DNA from: a virus
Lineage: Duplodnaviria > Caudoviricetes
Direction: 5' to 3' (one strand)
IMG/VR virus record: IMGVR_UViG_3300043103_000132
Span: 1-39,985 of that record
DNA length: 39,985 bases
Part shown: positions 26,757 through 35,256 of the stretch, piece by piece
How the letters are laid out: each line of letters begins with the position of its first letter
Position numbering within the stretch: position 1 is the first letter of the stretch
Position numbers and translations under genes: made by a program
The notes under the pieces: model-generated
Databases searched by the model: none
Told to the model about the DNA's origin: nothing
The model's input: only the letters and a program-made list of their open reading frames with translations

Positions 26757-28463
26757 TTATTTCTCGTAATCTTGCGGTACTTGCCTCTGTGGGAGACGAG
26801 TTCCGTAAGCTTCGGTGACAAGTCGTGTTCTGACTTTCTGCTCACCTAGGCGTAGGTTATCGAGAATAGCTGGGTCTAGGACTTGGGTGCTGCCAGTGGC
26901 CTGTTCAGCCATAGCAACTTGCTCAGGTGCAGCCGGGGTAGCCTGTCCGTCAGGTCCAGTGGCCATACCAGTGAGCGACATGATCTCATTTTGGATCTCT
27001 GTCTTAATAAGGTTGAGGGAGCCCTCTGCCAGAGCGTCGTCAATAAGTTCCTGACGAATCTCCTGTAGCTTCGACTCTGGGAACTCCTCGCCTAGGTCGC
27101 GCAGCGCGCCTTCCTTAGACTGAAGACCAAGCGATAGAAGTGACTGAATTTCGTTCAGCACGATTAGCTTGTCTAGCGGTAGCGGTGGAGGGAAGTGGCA
27201 GTAGGTGCGGTACGTGTGCGGGTCGTTAGGGTCAAGCTGAATAAGCTGGTCAGGCTTAGGTGGAGTCTCGCTGTCAGGGTCAAACATAAATGTTTCTGGC
27301 TCTTTAATAGCGAGGGTCTTAAGTACAAGCTCATTGATACGCTCTAGGCCGTGCGCGTACTGCACGATCTTCTGGTGGTAGCGGTTCATCAAAGGCTGGA
27401 ACTGAATAGAAAGAGCAACACCAGAAGTGTTAGAGATAGGCTGTGCCTGACCAAGAGCAGTCTCAGGAACACCAGTCATTTCGTGCATAGCCTTCTTTAG
27501 GCGGTCCATGAAGTCCATAGCGCCCTTGAGGCCTGTGCCGCCGCCCTCAAGGTTCATAACCTTAGCGTCCTTTGGCAGACCGCCCCAAACCTTGTTAGCG
27601 CCCTTCTCAAGCTGGCTAGCCTTTGCGCCTGTGATAACGGTTACAGGAGCGGCGTGGTAGTTAACGATGTCTGCGATGTCTGTAGCGACCTCGTTGTACG
27701 TGCGGTTAATGTTGATAATTTCATTACAGTCGCTAAGGCCCCAAGGAGAACCAGAGACACGAACATTAGGAATATGAATGATAGGAATAACACCAAGTGG
27801 GTTAGGGCGCGAGTCAATAAGTTCATCATTAATGTACTCTTCAATCATGTCGTCAGTAAGGATTTCGGTGTAGGTGTAAACCTGGCGGGTTCCTTCTAGC
27901 GAGGTGCCCCAGAAACGGTACTTGAGCTTGAAGCGGATAAGGCGCTCGCGGTCGTGAGGGTGGAACTCAGGGAAAGCAAAAGAAGAGTTAAGCGGAAGAA
28001 TGCGAACACGGCCCGGGTGGATCATTCCAGCTGGGTCTTGGTATCCCTCTTCGTACGCAACCTTGATAAAGCAGTCGCCTGACACACCGCCCTGCTGACC
28101 AATCTCCCAAAGGACGGTAGCCTTATTGTTGTCTACTTCCCAGACACGCTCTAGAAGGGACGGCAGGATAGCTTCGGTGGCCTTCTCGCTGCGGAACTGT
28201 ACGCCCTTGCTGAAGGTAAAGTTAATAATAAAGTCTGTGATTGCTCGGTAGTAATTTAGAACAATAGAAGATTCGCCAGCCTGACGGCGGTAAGAAGTGT
28301 GGTGGCCTAGGTACATGGCCCAGTTCAAAGAGTAACGGTTTAGACGAGGACCGTGGACCTCAAATTCTTCATCAGCAAGCTCAACAAGACCCAATGGGGA
28401 AATGGAGATAGTGAGGTCGGAAGACGCAGCTCTATAGCTTGGTGGGGAAAAATCAATTGACAT
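26757..28463 (-). CDS. Portal protein (SPP1 gp6-like)
   Basis: NPLGVIPIIHIPN...WGLSD, SGVALSIQFQPL; position. Confidence 0.92.
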   Translation of the reverse strand: MSIDFSPPSYRAASSDLTISISPLGLVELADEEFEVHGPRLNRYSLNWAMYLGHHTSYRRQAGESSIVLNYYRAITDFIINFTFSKGVQFRSEKATEAILPSLLERVWEVDNNKATVLWEIGQQGGVSGDCFIKVAYEEGYQDPAGMIHPGRVRILPLNSSFAFPEFHPHDRERLIRFKLKYRFWGTSLEGTRQVYTYTEILTDDMIEEYINDELIDSRPNPLGVIPIIHIPNVRVSGSPWGLSDCNEIININRTYNEVATDIADIVNYHAAPVTVITGAKASQLEKGANKVWGGLPKDAKVMNLEGGGTGLKGAMDFMDRLKKAMHEMTGVPETALGQAQPISNTSGVALSIQFQPLMNRYHQKIVQYAHGLERINELVLKTLAIKEPETFMFDPDSETPPKPDQLIQLDPNDPHTYRTYCHFPPPLPLDKLIVLNEIQSLLSLGLQSKEGALRDLGEEFPESKLQEIRQELIDDALAEGSLNLIKTEIQNEIMSLTGMATGPDGQATPAAPEQVAMAEQATGSTQVLDPAILDNLRLGEQKVRTRLVTEAYGTRLPQRQVPQDYEK

Positions 28464-28561
28464 GCTTTAGCGCGCTTCCAGGGTTGTAATCAGCATTTTT
28501 TTATTTTACACCTAAAGTGTATCGTAATTAAATATTTGTAGTTTGGAGTGTTTCGAGTTAT

Positions 28562-28861
28562 CTAGATCTTTTTAGTAACTTTTTTAGTGACTTGTTTAGT
28601 GACTTTAGTTTTAGACTTCTCTTCCTGCTTATCCATCTTTTCCTGGGCGTAGTCTCGGAATCTAGGGTCTACATCCTTCTCGGAATCGACAAAGCGGCCG
28701 CCTAGCTGCACATAACGTGAGTGCACCCAGTGAGCCGCTGCAGGTGAAGGGTATTTAGCAAACTTAACCTTTGCTTGTGTGGTGGTCATGTTCCACAGCT
28801 TAGGGTTAGCAGGAATCTGTCTAGGAGTTTCCTTTACTTCTTGGCCTTTAATTAAAGCCAT
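28562..28861 (-). CDS. Basic hypothetical protein
   Basis: PANPKLW...AK.KF.KYPSPAAAHWV..RY..LGG motif; AAGGTGG RBS. Confidence 0.75.
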   Translation of the reverse strand: MALIKGQEVKETPRQIPANPKLWNMTTTQAKVKFAKYPSPAAAHWVHSRYVQLGGRFVDSEKDVDPRFRDYAQEKMDKQEEKSKTKVTKQVTKKVTKKI

Positions 28862-28883
28862 AACACACCACCTTAGATGCTAG

Positions 28884-28921
28884 TGCACCCCGCCCGCTGC
28901 GGTTAGCAGCGAGCGAGGGCA
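28884..28921 (-). other. Intergenic GC-rich hairpin without U-tract
   Basis: CCTCGCTCGCTGC-TAACC-GCAGCGGGCGGGG with G-U pairs. Confidence 0.55.
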
Positions 28922-28932
28922 ATAAGCAATTA

Positions 28933-29331
28933 CTAGTCCTGGACCTGAGCAGGGTTTGGGTGCTGCTGGTGAGAACCGCTAACGAACTTTTCTTCGTAGG
29001 TGTTCTGACCGTAGTCCTGGAACGAACCGCTAGAGAATTCCTGAAGGAAATCAGGTGCTTCTACCCACGATGCTGAACCGACGTGAGCACGCTCGCTCAT
29101 GGTCTCTTCAGCAGTCTTTGTGTGGACAGCCTGGTTGCGGTTTGGGCGACCTGGTGCTGGCATGTAGCCCTGCATTGCTCCACGCGAGAATTCGTTTGGA
29201 ACGTCGGTGTCAGTGCCGATACCCTCTTCAAAGCGAAGTGGGCCGCGCTGGCCAGGAACTGCTGCAGATACCTTACGGTCGTAAGTTGTTCCCGGCTTTT
29301 CTGGGAACTTTGGAGCTGGGGCGATTGACAT
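28933..29331 (-). CDS. Hypothetical protein between terminase and portal
   Basis: AGGAG RBS; own promoter motif. Confidence 0.8.
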   Translation of the reverse strand: MSIAPAPKFPEKPGTTYDRKVSAAVPGQRGPLRFEEGIGTDTDVPNEFSRGAMQGYMPAPGRPNRNQAVHTKTAEETMSERAHVGSASWVEAPDFLQEFSSGSFQDYGQNTYEEKFVSGSHQQHPNPAQVQD

Positions 29332-29365
29332 AAATATTCTCCTAAAAGGTTGAGGCCTCCATACA

Positions 29366-29401
29366 AGTGTTGCCCTAAATTGATTATTTTGCAGGATAAA
29401 C
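29366..29401 (-). promoter_or_regulatory. Putative late promoter GTTTAT-N24-AACACT
   Basis: Motif spacing. Confidence 0.55.
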
Positions 29402-29406
29402 GCAAT

Positions 29407-30987
29407 TTATCTAAAAAATGGTGAGGAAGAAACTTCTACCTGCGGCATAGTCAAATCTATGGTCAAAGACACGGCTATCGCTAGGCTGTCGGCGTAGTCA
29501 TCGTGCGCGTGCGCCTCGTCCGGCGCGTGAGCTAGGAAATTAGGTCCAGTGAACTTAGTCTCTAGATCAGTCATCTGCTGGTAAAAGCGCTTCCAGGTGC
29601 GGAGGCGTCGGGTCTTGGCGTGGGCCGGCCAGCCTACCATTCGCCTGTCCAGCAGCTGCTTTAGGTGCTTCCAGCGCTTTGATTGCTCTGGCTGGCTCGA
29701 CCCAATTGAATATACCTCTGAACGGGGGAGTAGCAGCCTCAGACGCTGGGCTACAGCATCTCCAACTCCATTCGCGTCTACGCCCACAGCTAAGACATTG
29801 TAGTTCTCTAAGAAGTTTACTATCTGAAAGTATTGGTCTTCCCAATCGTCACCTTGAATCTCTAGCCAATTTAATATACGGTGGTCAAAATAACCGAACT
29901 CGTCTGGGCGATCCCAGTCTACCCATAGTACCGTTACTACAGTAGAGTCCATCTTACGGGCGGGGTCAATGCCCACCACACAAGCTGTTCGGTGCCAGGC
30001 CTTTACAACCTCTTGTGAAGTGTCGCCCAGCTCGTCCATAACGCCTGAAGTAACAAACATACCTCGCTCAAGGAGCCACTTGCAGTTGTATGACATTTGG
30101 AACTCGTCAGAGTCCTCGCCGATGCGTAGGGACTCTTTCTTAATAAACTTACCGTATTCTACGCTCACCTTAGAGACGTCACGCCAATCCCACTGGAAGT
30201 GGTTTTGCTTTGTTCCGCGCCCGGTCTGTCGGCGCTTATTCATTTGAATAGCGCGATAAAAGTTGTTCTTGTGCGTAGTAGGGGTTCCGGTCTTAACCAT
30301 CGTACCGTTAGTAGAAGCAAGCATAGGACCAATAGACTTGGCCACGATAAAGTCGTCGGCTTCCTGACACTCATCGATAACAATAAGGTGGAAGGTCTTA
30401 GACTCAATCTTTGCGCGGGGGTTAGCAGTCATCATCATTACTGATGAACCAGAGTTCTTTAGCTTTACCTGCTTAGTGACGCCGGCAACCTTCTTTGCCT
30501 CATCATCAATCTCTGGATCTCCCAGAATCTCTAGAGCATGGTCGCTAGTAAGACGCGAGATAACACGGCTGAACAGTGTTTCTGCCTGACCCTCTACAGG
30601 GGCAAATAGCCCTACCCAAAGGCCGTGCTTAAACCTACCCAACAAATCAGGGTACATCTTAGCCAAACGGGGCAGGATGACCATAAGAGCGGCTACGGTG
30701 TCTGCTACGGTCTCAGACTTACCTGACTGACGAGAAGCTAGCGCAGTAATCTCTTCGCCGTCGTTAATAATGACTGATTCTATTAAGCGGCGAGCTAACG
30801 GCTTTTGGTAGGTGCGCAGGTCATGCCCAACTAAAGCCTTCATAAAGATCATGATCTTATCGACGAGTGTCTCTACAAATTCGCGAGAGAGCTCATCCAG
30901 GCCGTCGTCGTACTCGTCCGCTAACTCATCGTCAGGGTTCTCTTGTTCCTCGAAATCATCTTCGTAGAAATCTTCTAAATCGCTCAT
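29407..30987 (-). CDS. terL: Terminase large subunit
   Basis: Walker A ASRQSGKS, Walker B LIVIDE, motif III TGTP, nuclease GIDPA and HDDYADS. Confidence 0.95.
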   Translation of the reverse strand: MSDLEDFYEDDFEEQENPDDELADEYDDGLDELSREFVETLVDKIMIFMKALVGHDLRTYQKPLARRLIESVIINDGEEITALASRQSGKSETVADTVAALMVILPRLAKMYPDLLGRFKHGLWVGLFAPVEGQAETLFSRVISRLTSDHALEILGDPEIDDEAKKVAGVTKQVKLKNSGSSVMMMTANPRAKIESKTFHLIVIDECQEADDFIVAKSIGPMLASTNGTMVKTGTPTTHKNNFYRAIQMNKRRQTGRGTKQNHFQWDWRDVSKVSVEYGKFIKKESLRIGEDSDEFQMSYNCKWLLERGMFVTSGVMDELGDTSQEVVKAWHRTACVVGIDPARKMDSTVVTVLWVDWDRPDEFGYFDHRILNWLEIQGDDWEDQYFQIVNFLENYNVLAVGVDANGVGDAVAQRLRLLLPRSEVYSIGSSQPEQSKRWKHLKQLLDRRMVGWPAHAKTRRLRTWKRFYQQMTDLETKFTGPNFLAHAPDEAHAHDDYADSLAIAVSLTIDLTMPQVEVSSSPFFR

Positions 30988-30999
30988 TTAATACACCTT

Positions 31000-31069
31000 A
31001 AAAATAAGTAACCCTGAGCCAACACGACTCAGGGTTACTAAGTGCCACACGGGAGAGAGGAGGTTGGCT
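31000..31069 (-). ncRNA. Candidate ~70-nt small RNA/attenuator with anti-SD loop and terminator
   Basis: Extended -10 TGcTATTAT (31075-31083); GCCA-ACCUCCUCUCUCCCGUG-UGGC; 14-bp stem followed by UAUUUUU. Confidence 0.6.
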
Positions 31070-31101
31070 ATTTAATAATAGCAGAACTAAATAGTAAAGT
31101 A

Positions 31102-31350
31102 TTAAAATAGAGGCGTAATTCTTTTATTTAATTCGTTTGTAACGGCATGCACGGCCTCTGCAGCTGTAAGTAATTCTCCGGCAGTTTCTTTTCCCGGGTT
31201 TCTTTCATACGCGCTGGTCAATCTACCTAGCTCATAAATAGCTTGGTCTAACCATACGGTTAAGTCGTTGGTAGGTATGCGAGATACTCGCTTAGAGATC
31301 TTTTCTGAGAACGGCTTATCCCACTTACGGCGGCTACTAAAAATCCTCAA
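31102..31350 (-). CDS. Small helical hypothetical protein upstream of terL
   Basis: ORF; start uncertain. Confidence 0.65.
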   Translation of the reverse strand: MRIFSSRRKWDKPFSEKISKRVSRIPTNDLTVWLDQAIYELGRLTSAYERNPGKETAGELLTAAEAVHAVTNELNKRITPLF

Positions 31351-31624
31351 GTTCGCCTACCTTTTGCCAGGTTTTGATTTCCTCTGGCTTTGGTGCCTTG
31401 TCGAACGCCTTAACGGCCTTTTGCAAAGCTACGTCTTCATGTACTGGCTTGCCCCAAATTCCAAAGGCATAACCGCGAGGTGCGAATGGTACCCAGAACA
31501 CGATGCAAACGGCGCTCTCTCGGAACGGCTCTTCGGTTTCCTGCGACCAGCCCCACTCAAACATTGGTCGAATTGGGTGCTTTAGTTTGATGGTGTCTAC
31601 GTATAGTGATCCGATTGACTTCAT
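31337..31624 (-). CDS. Hypothetical protein
   Basis: AAGGA RBS; GWSQETEEPFR. Confidence 0.7.
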   Translation of the reverse strand: MKSIGSLYVDTIKLKHPIRPMFEWGWSQETEEPFRESAVCIVFWVPFAPRGYAFGIWGKPVHEDVALQKAVKAFDKAPKPEEIKTWQKVGELEDF

Positions 31625-31633
31625 TGGGTTCCT

Positions 31634-32137
31634 TTATTGATTCGGTTTATTACTAGGATACATGTAATCTGCAAATTTTTGCACATCGTTCATCTGAGCG
31701 CGACGGTTGCGCGGCATGTTAGTCACATCTGCCGGCCCCATGTCAGCCCAGTTGTCTAGGCCAGAACTACGCAAGAACTTTCCCTTAGAAGGAGCAGAGT
31801 TAAAGCTTAGCCACATCGAGGCTGGGACCTCACGGTATTCCCACCAAGTGCCATCCCTAAAGATGACGGTCATTGTGTTAGTTGTGTAGTCGTACCCAGC
31901 TTGTAGCGTGCGAGGCCTGTCTGGGTTAGAAGAAGATGTTACAGACAGCAATGGTCCGCCCTGATCCATAGTTTCAAAGTCTGTGTCTTCTTTAGGAGAG
32001 ACCTCTGCCATCATGGTATCGCGCCACTCCGCCGGAGTAGATGGTTTAGGTGGCAGGAACGTTTTTTCCCAGGTCTTAGACACTCCCGCGCCTCGGCTGA
32101 GGTCATCCCAGCTTGGGATGCTTGGTCTTTTAGCCAT
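31634..32137 (-). CDS. KTSC-domain protein
   Basis: GYDYTTNTMTVIFRDG..WEYREVP...F.SAPSKGKFL. Confidence 0.85.
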   Translation of the reverse strand: MAKRPSIPSWDDLSRGAGVSKTWEKTFLPPKPSTPAEWRDTMMAEVSPKEDTDFETMDQGGPLLSVTSSSNPDRPRTLQAGYDYTTNTMTVIFRDGTWWEYREVPASMWLSFNSAPSKGKFLRSSGLDNWADMGPADVTNMPRNRRAQMNDVQKFADYMYPSNKPNQ

Positions 32138-32401
32138 TTATTCTCCGCAGATATGAGCTTCTATTTCTTCTTCCGTTACGCGAAGGTCGCAGTGTCGGCA
32201 TCTAAAATAGCGAGCAGGTCTGTAATTGTTCTGGGCGGTAGCGCCTGGTTCTAGACTAGACGAGCCATCGTCGTCTTCGCTAGCATAGTCGTAGATAATC
32301 TCTGGTTCGTCAAACAACTCTACCGGAAAAGGGCCGTAAGGCTCGTGTACCCTTTTGGGCACTGGGTGGGCTTGTACAGCCTGTACCCGAACAATTTTCA
32401 T
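32138..32401 (-). CDS. Hypothetical protein with C-terminal CxxC...HxC zinc finger
   Basis: FRCRHC...AHIC; TAATG-coupled. Confidence 0.65.
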   Translation of the reverse strand: MKIVRVQAVQAHPVPKRVHEPYGPFPVELFDEPEIIYDYASEDDDGSSSLEPGATAQNNYRPARYFRCRHCDLRVTEEEIEAHICGE

Positions 32402-32640
32402 TATTCGGCTTCGTCTGAAGAAGGCTCTTCTACTACGGGCTCTTCTACTGAGGCCTCTTCTACAACAGGGGTAGACTTCTTCTTAGAAGAGGTTACTACA
32501 GGCTCGTCTAGAGGGAATAGGCCTAGGTGTGCCTGTGCCTTGTATGAGAGGGGAAGGTGCTTCTCGCAGTAGTAGCGTACGTTGGCTACTATAGGGTCGA
32601 TCTTATAGAGAGCTGATTCTGAACAGTTAGCGCAGTTCAT
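32401..32640 (-). CDS. Small CxxC...CxxH protein with acidic tail
   Basis: CANC...YCEKHLP; AAGGA RBS. Confidence 0.7.
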   Translation of the reverse strand: MNCANCSESALYKIDPIVANVRYYCEKHLPLSYKAQAHLGLFPLDEPVVTSSKKKSTPVVEEASVEEPVVEEPSSDEAE

Positions 32641-32687
32641 AGGTTTCCTTAGTAGTTAAATGAATTAATAGGTATAGTCTACCAGAT

Positions 32688-32957
32688 TTAGCGGATTGTT
32701 TCTTTAATGTGCTGATCGAACTTGCCTTCTAGCGAGGCCACGTCTACCTTAAGCTCAACTACGTCAGAGCGAATGCCCTTTACCTCATCTCTTAGGGATG
32801 AGCCTGAGTTCGGCTTAAGTTCGGACAAATACTCTTTAATTAAACCACTGACAACGCGATTAGTGTGGTTGCGCATAATGCGTGCGAGTAGGGTGCCGAC
32901 AAAAGCTAGCACTGTGGCGAAGGCGGCGAGCGTGGTGGCTAGCTCTGCAATTGTCAT
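32688..32957 (-). CDS. Single-pass membrane protein with coiled coil (possible lysis accessory)
   Basis: N-terminal hydrophobic helix, ELKPNSGSSLRD, then heptads. Confidence 0.7.
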   Translation of the reverse strand: MTIAELATTLAAFATVLAFVGTLLARIMRNHTNRVVSGLIKEYLSELKPNSGSSLRDEVKGIRSDVVELKVDVASLEGKFDQHIKETIR

Positions 32958-32997
32958 TAGAAAATCCTATTTAATTCGGCAAAAAAGCATTAGTAAA

Positions 32998-33033
32998 AGT
33001 GTCGCATTTTTTGACTTTACAAACGGGCTTAAC
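32998..33033 (-). promoter_or_regulatory. Putative late promoter variant GTTAAG-N24-GACACT
   Basis: Motif spacing, one mismatch. Confidence 0.4.
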
Positions 33034-33043
33034 TTCTGAAAAA

Positions 33044-33328
33044 TTACCACTTATGCAGCGGGCACTCAGCATGTTTGATTGTGGTTTTAGCTTTCATAAA
33101 GCAACCGCACTTTTTGCACTGCAGTAATCCCTGTATTAGTTCAGGGCATGATTTGCAAATATCTAGGCGAATGGCCGCCTCTTCTTTAGATACGTACTCG
33201 GTATTAGGGTTTATGAGGTCCCAGGGCCTAGATGCCTTGTTTACTTCGCCTGATCGAGCTTCCACCAAAGACTTAGAATAATCTTCGGGATTAGCTTTAT
33301 ATTTTTCCCACTCACTCAGGTCGGCCAT
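33044..33328 (-). CDS. Cys-rich small protein (DUF6171-like)
   Basis: RLDICKSCP...CKKCGCFMKAKT...CPLHKW; GAGG RBS before MADLSEW. Confidence 0.75.
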   Translation of the reverse strand: MADLSEWEKYKANPEDYSKSLVEARSGEVNKASRPWDLINPNTEYVSKEEAAIRLDICKSCPELIQGLLQCKKCGCFMKAKTTIKHAECPLHKW

Positions 33329-33674
33329 AGCGAACCTCAAAACTAACGCCTGTTCTATAGGCAGCAGCAAGCGCTGCGTGCTCTACTAGAGAAGGGTCTA
33401 ACAAGTGAACATAAACGCATACCTCATCCACGACAAACGCAAAATAAAGCATGTCGGGCAACAGGCGGGGGTATTTTTCGGTCTCAAACTCTGAGCCATT
33501 CCAGCGAGCTCCGCGGGCTGGCTCCCAACCCATTCCGGTAATCTCAACAATAAGCGTTGGGTTTTCTGCGATAGTTAGCCAATGGCGGGCTTTATCTAAG
33601 TCAGTTAAATAAACGGCTTGTACCAGGTCGTCGCCAACCTTTATTTCTACTACCGCTTTTACGTTTTCAAACAT
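33312..33674 (-). CDS. Fibre-partner hypothetical protein (leaderless start)
   Basis: P..GARWNGSEF motif; TATACT 6 nt before ATG. Confidence 0.7.
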   Translation of the reverse strand: MFENVKAVVEIKVGDDLVQAVYLTDLDKARHWLTIAENPTLIVEITGMGWEPARGARWNGSEFETEKYPRLLPDMLYFAFVVDEVCVYVHLLDPSLVEHAALAAAYRTGVSFEVRYGRPE

Positions 33675-33695
33675 GTTAAGAGTATACAGCTTTAG

Positions 33696-34451
33696 CTAGC
33701 CCTCAATGCAGATGTTGCCATCTACAATCACAACTCGGTTAGCGCAAGTTGTTCCGCAGCAAGGATCGTACTGAGCGTAAATGTATCTAACTCGGTTAAC
33801 CCCATAAGGGCCGCATGTGAACTCCCCGGTATCCTGGCAACAAGCAGTGCAGGGGTAGGCGCTACAGTCCGGGTAACTGTAAATTTCGGAGCCGGAGCAG
33901 ACCCAGCCATACGGATAGCCATAATTAGCTTGCATCTGGTTGCACGCGGCAGACACGTCGGTATACCCATCCATGAATGAGGCACCGCCGGTGCCTGTGT
34001 TCACGCCTGAACAAAAAGCAAAGTAAATAGTTACTCCGGTAGGTGCCGGCGCTGCCACTGAGATGTTTACAGAGTATGTGGCAGTGTTAACGCCATTTTC
34101 TGCGGTAACTACGATGCTCTTAGTGTTCGGGTTGCCGCTGTAGGATACAGAGACTGTCCCCAAGCCAGTAGCCGTAGCTCCCGCAGGTATTGTGGCGGCT
34201 AGTACCACTGAAGTGGTGCCATTGGATACAGGATAAGTACCACCATTAGCTACCGCGTTACCGTTTACAGTCAGGTTAGTTAAGGTTGTATCGGCTGAAA
34301 GCGGGTACGGGTAAGCAGTTACCCAAGCGCCATTTACTTTAGACTTAACGCCAGTAGCCAGCTTCCAGGTACCCGCTACTTTTACATAAGTTGCAGAAAC
34401 GGTACGCCATTCACCGCTTACTTTAACCTTGCTTCTATAGACGTCAGGCAC
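33696..34451 (-). CDS. Fibre tip: YVKVxGxW repeats + cadherin-like beta-sandwich + Cys-rich C-terminus
   Basis: SADTTLTNLTV...IVVTAENG..ATYSVNI; about 12 Cys in the last ~105 aa; AAGGAG + GTG. Confidence 0.75.
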   Translation of the reverse strand: MPDVYRSKVKVSGEWRTVSATYVKVAGTWKLATGVKSKVNGAWVTAYPYPLSADTTLTNLTVNGNAVANGGTYPVSNGTTSVVLAATIPAGATATGLGTVSVSYSGNPNTKSIVVTAENGVNTATYSVNISVAAPAPTGVTIYFAFCSGVNTGTGGASFMDGYTDVSAACNQMQANYGYPYGWVCSGSEIYSYPDCSAYPCTACCQDTGEFTCGPYGVNRVRYIYAQYDPCCGTTCANRVVIVDGNICIEG

Positions 34452-34460
34452 GAAGGCTCC

Positions 34461-34604
34461 TTAAGCGTAGACGATCCAGACATCTCCATTTTGACCGTCG
34501 GTAGATGTAGGAGCCGAGGTTGAAACAAAAATGTTGCGCTGACCGTCGTCATTGCTAGGAAGAATAGTAGTGCCGTAAGAGGTCACATCACTTGGGCGTG
34601 CCAT
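34461..34604 (-). CDS. 47-aa fibre linker peptide
   Basis: Not in track; TAATG-coupled; MARPSDVTSYGTTILPSNDDGQRNIFVSTSAPTSTDGQNGDVWIVYA. Confidence 0.75.
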   Translation of the reverse strand: MARPSDVTSYGTTILPSNDDGQRNIFVSTSAPTSTDGQNGDVWIVYA

Positions 34605-34933
34605 TAGCTAATCTCAATTCCACTTACTAGGTAAGTAATTACTGAGCCCGTAGCAGCAAGCATAGATAGCTTCTCGCCCACGGTGATTGGGATGTCAGCT
34701 GCCCAGATAAGCTGCGAGTTAGGGGCAACAGTCAGTGAGCTGATGATTGCGTTGGAGGCACCTGCGCTAGCGCCTACTGGAAGAATGTAAGCAGTAACTG
34801 CTACAGCGGAGGCTGAAGTGTTATTAATAATAATCTGCTTAATAACCGCTGTACTAGGAGCGGTGTAAATAGCAGTAGCCGAAGTAGATAGCTGGGCTGG
34901 TCCAGCAAGTCTCTTAGGGGTATAGGTGGCCAT
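34604..34933 (-). CDS. Small beta-sandwich fibre adaptor
   Basis: AIYTAPSTAVIKQIIINN...SGIEIS; paralogue of 20400..20729. Confidence 0.72.
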   Translation of the reverse strand: MATYTPKRLAGPAQLSTSATAIYTAPSTAVIKQIIINNTSASAVAVTAYILPVGASAGASNAIISSLTVAPNSQLIWAADIPITVGEKLSMLAATGSVITYLVSGIEIS

Positions 34934-34990
34934 TACGGTCCTTTCAAATGCTTCAGGTCAAGGATAAACTATTATCCCAAATAAATCAGG

Positions 34991-35146
34991 CTATCTAGTT
35001 CCCCACCAGTGTCTGCCGGGGTTGTTGTATGTAAGGATACTTGGTTTTTCCAAAGTATTCAGGTAAATCTTTCGGATGCCAAAACGCGAATCATTTATTT
35101 GAACTGGCTTAAAAACAGCGCTCTTAAACTCTTTTTTATTTTTCAC
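34991..35146 (-). CDS. 51-aa basic protein
   Basis: Not in track; GTGA overlap, GGAAGG RBS; MKNKKEFKSAVFKPVQINDSRFGIRKIYLNTLEKPSILTYNNPGRHWWGTR. Confidence 0.6.
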   Translation of the reverse strand: MKNKKEFKSAVFKPVQINDSRFGIRKIYLNTLEKPSILTYNNPGRHWWGTR

Positions 35147-35256
35147 GGCGTCCACCTTCCCCACTGGATCAGGTTAGTTCGCTGACCAGGAAGGCCGTAA
35201 TCTCCGACACGCATAATGGCGTCTCGAAACTCTCGCGTTCTTCCTGAAGGCTTCAT
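35143..35256 (-). CDS. 37-aa basic protein
   Basis: Not in track; ATG right after the upstream TAA; MKPSGRTREFRDAIMRVGDYGLPGQRTNLIQWGRWTP. Confidence 0.6.
   Translation of the reverse strand: MKPSGRTREFRDAIMRVGDYGLPGQRTNLIQWGRWTP

Noticed and set aside
31102-31624. Small terminase subunit
   Set aside because: Position fits, but there is no recognisable motif; left as hypothetical
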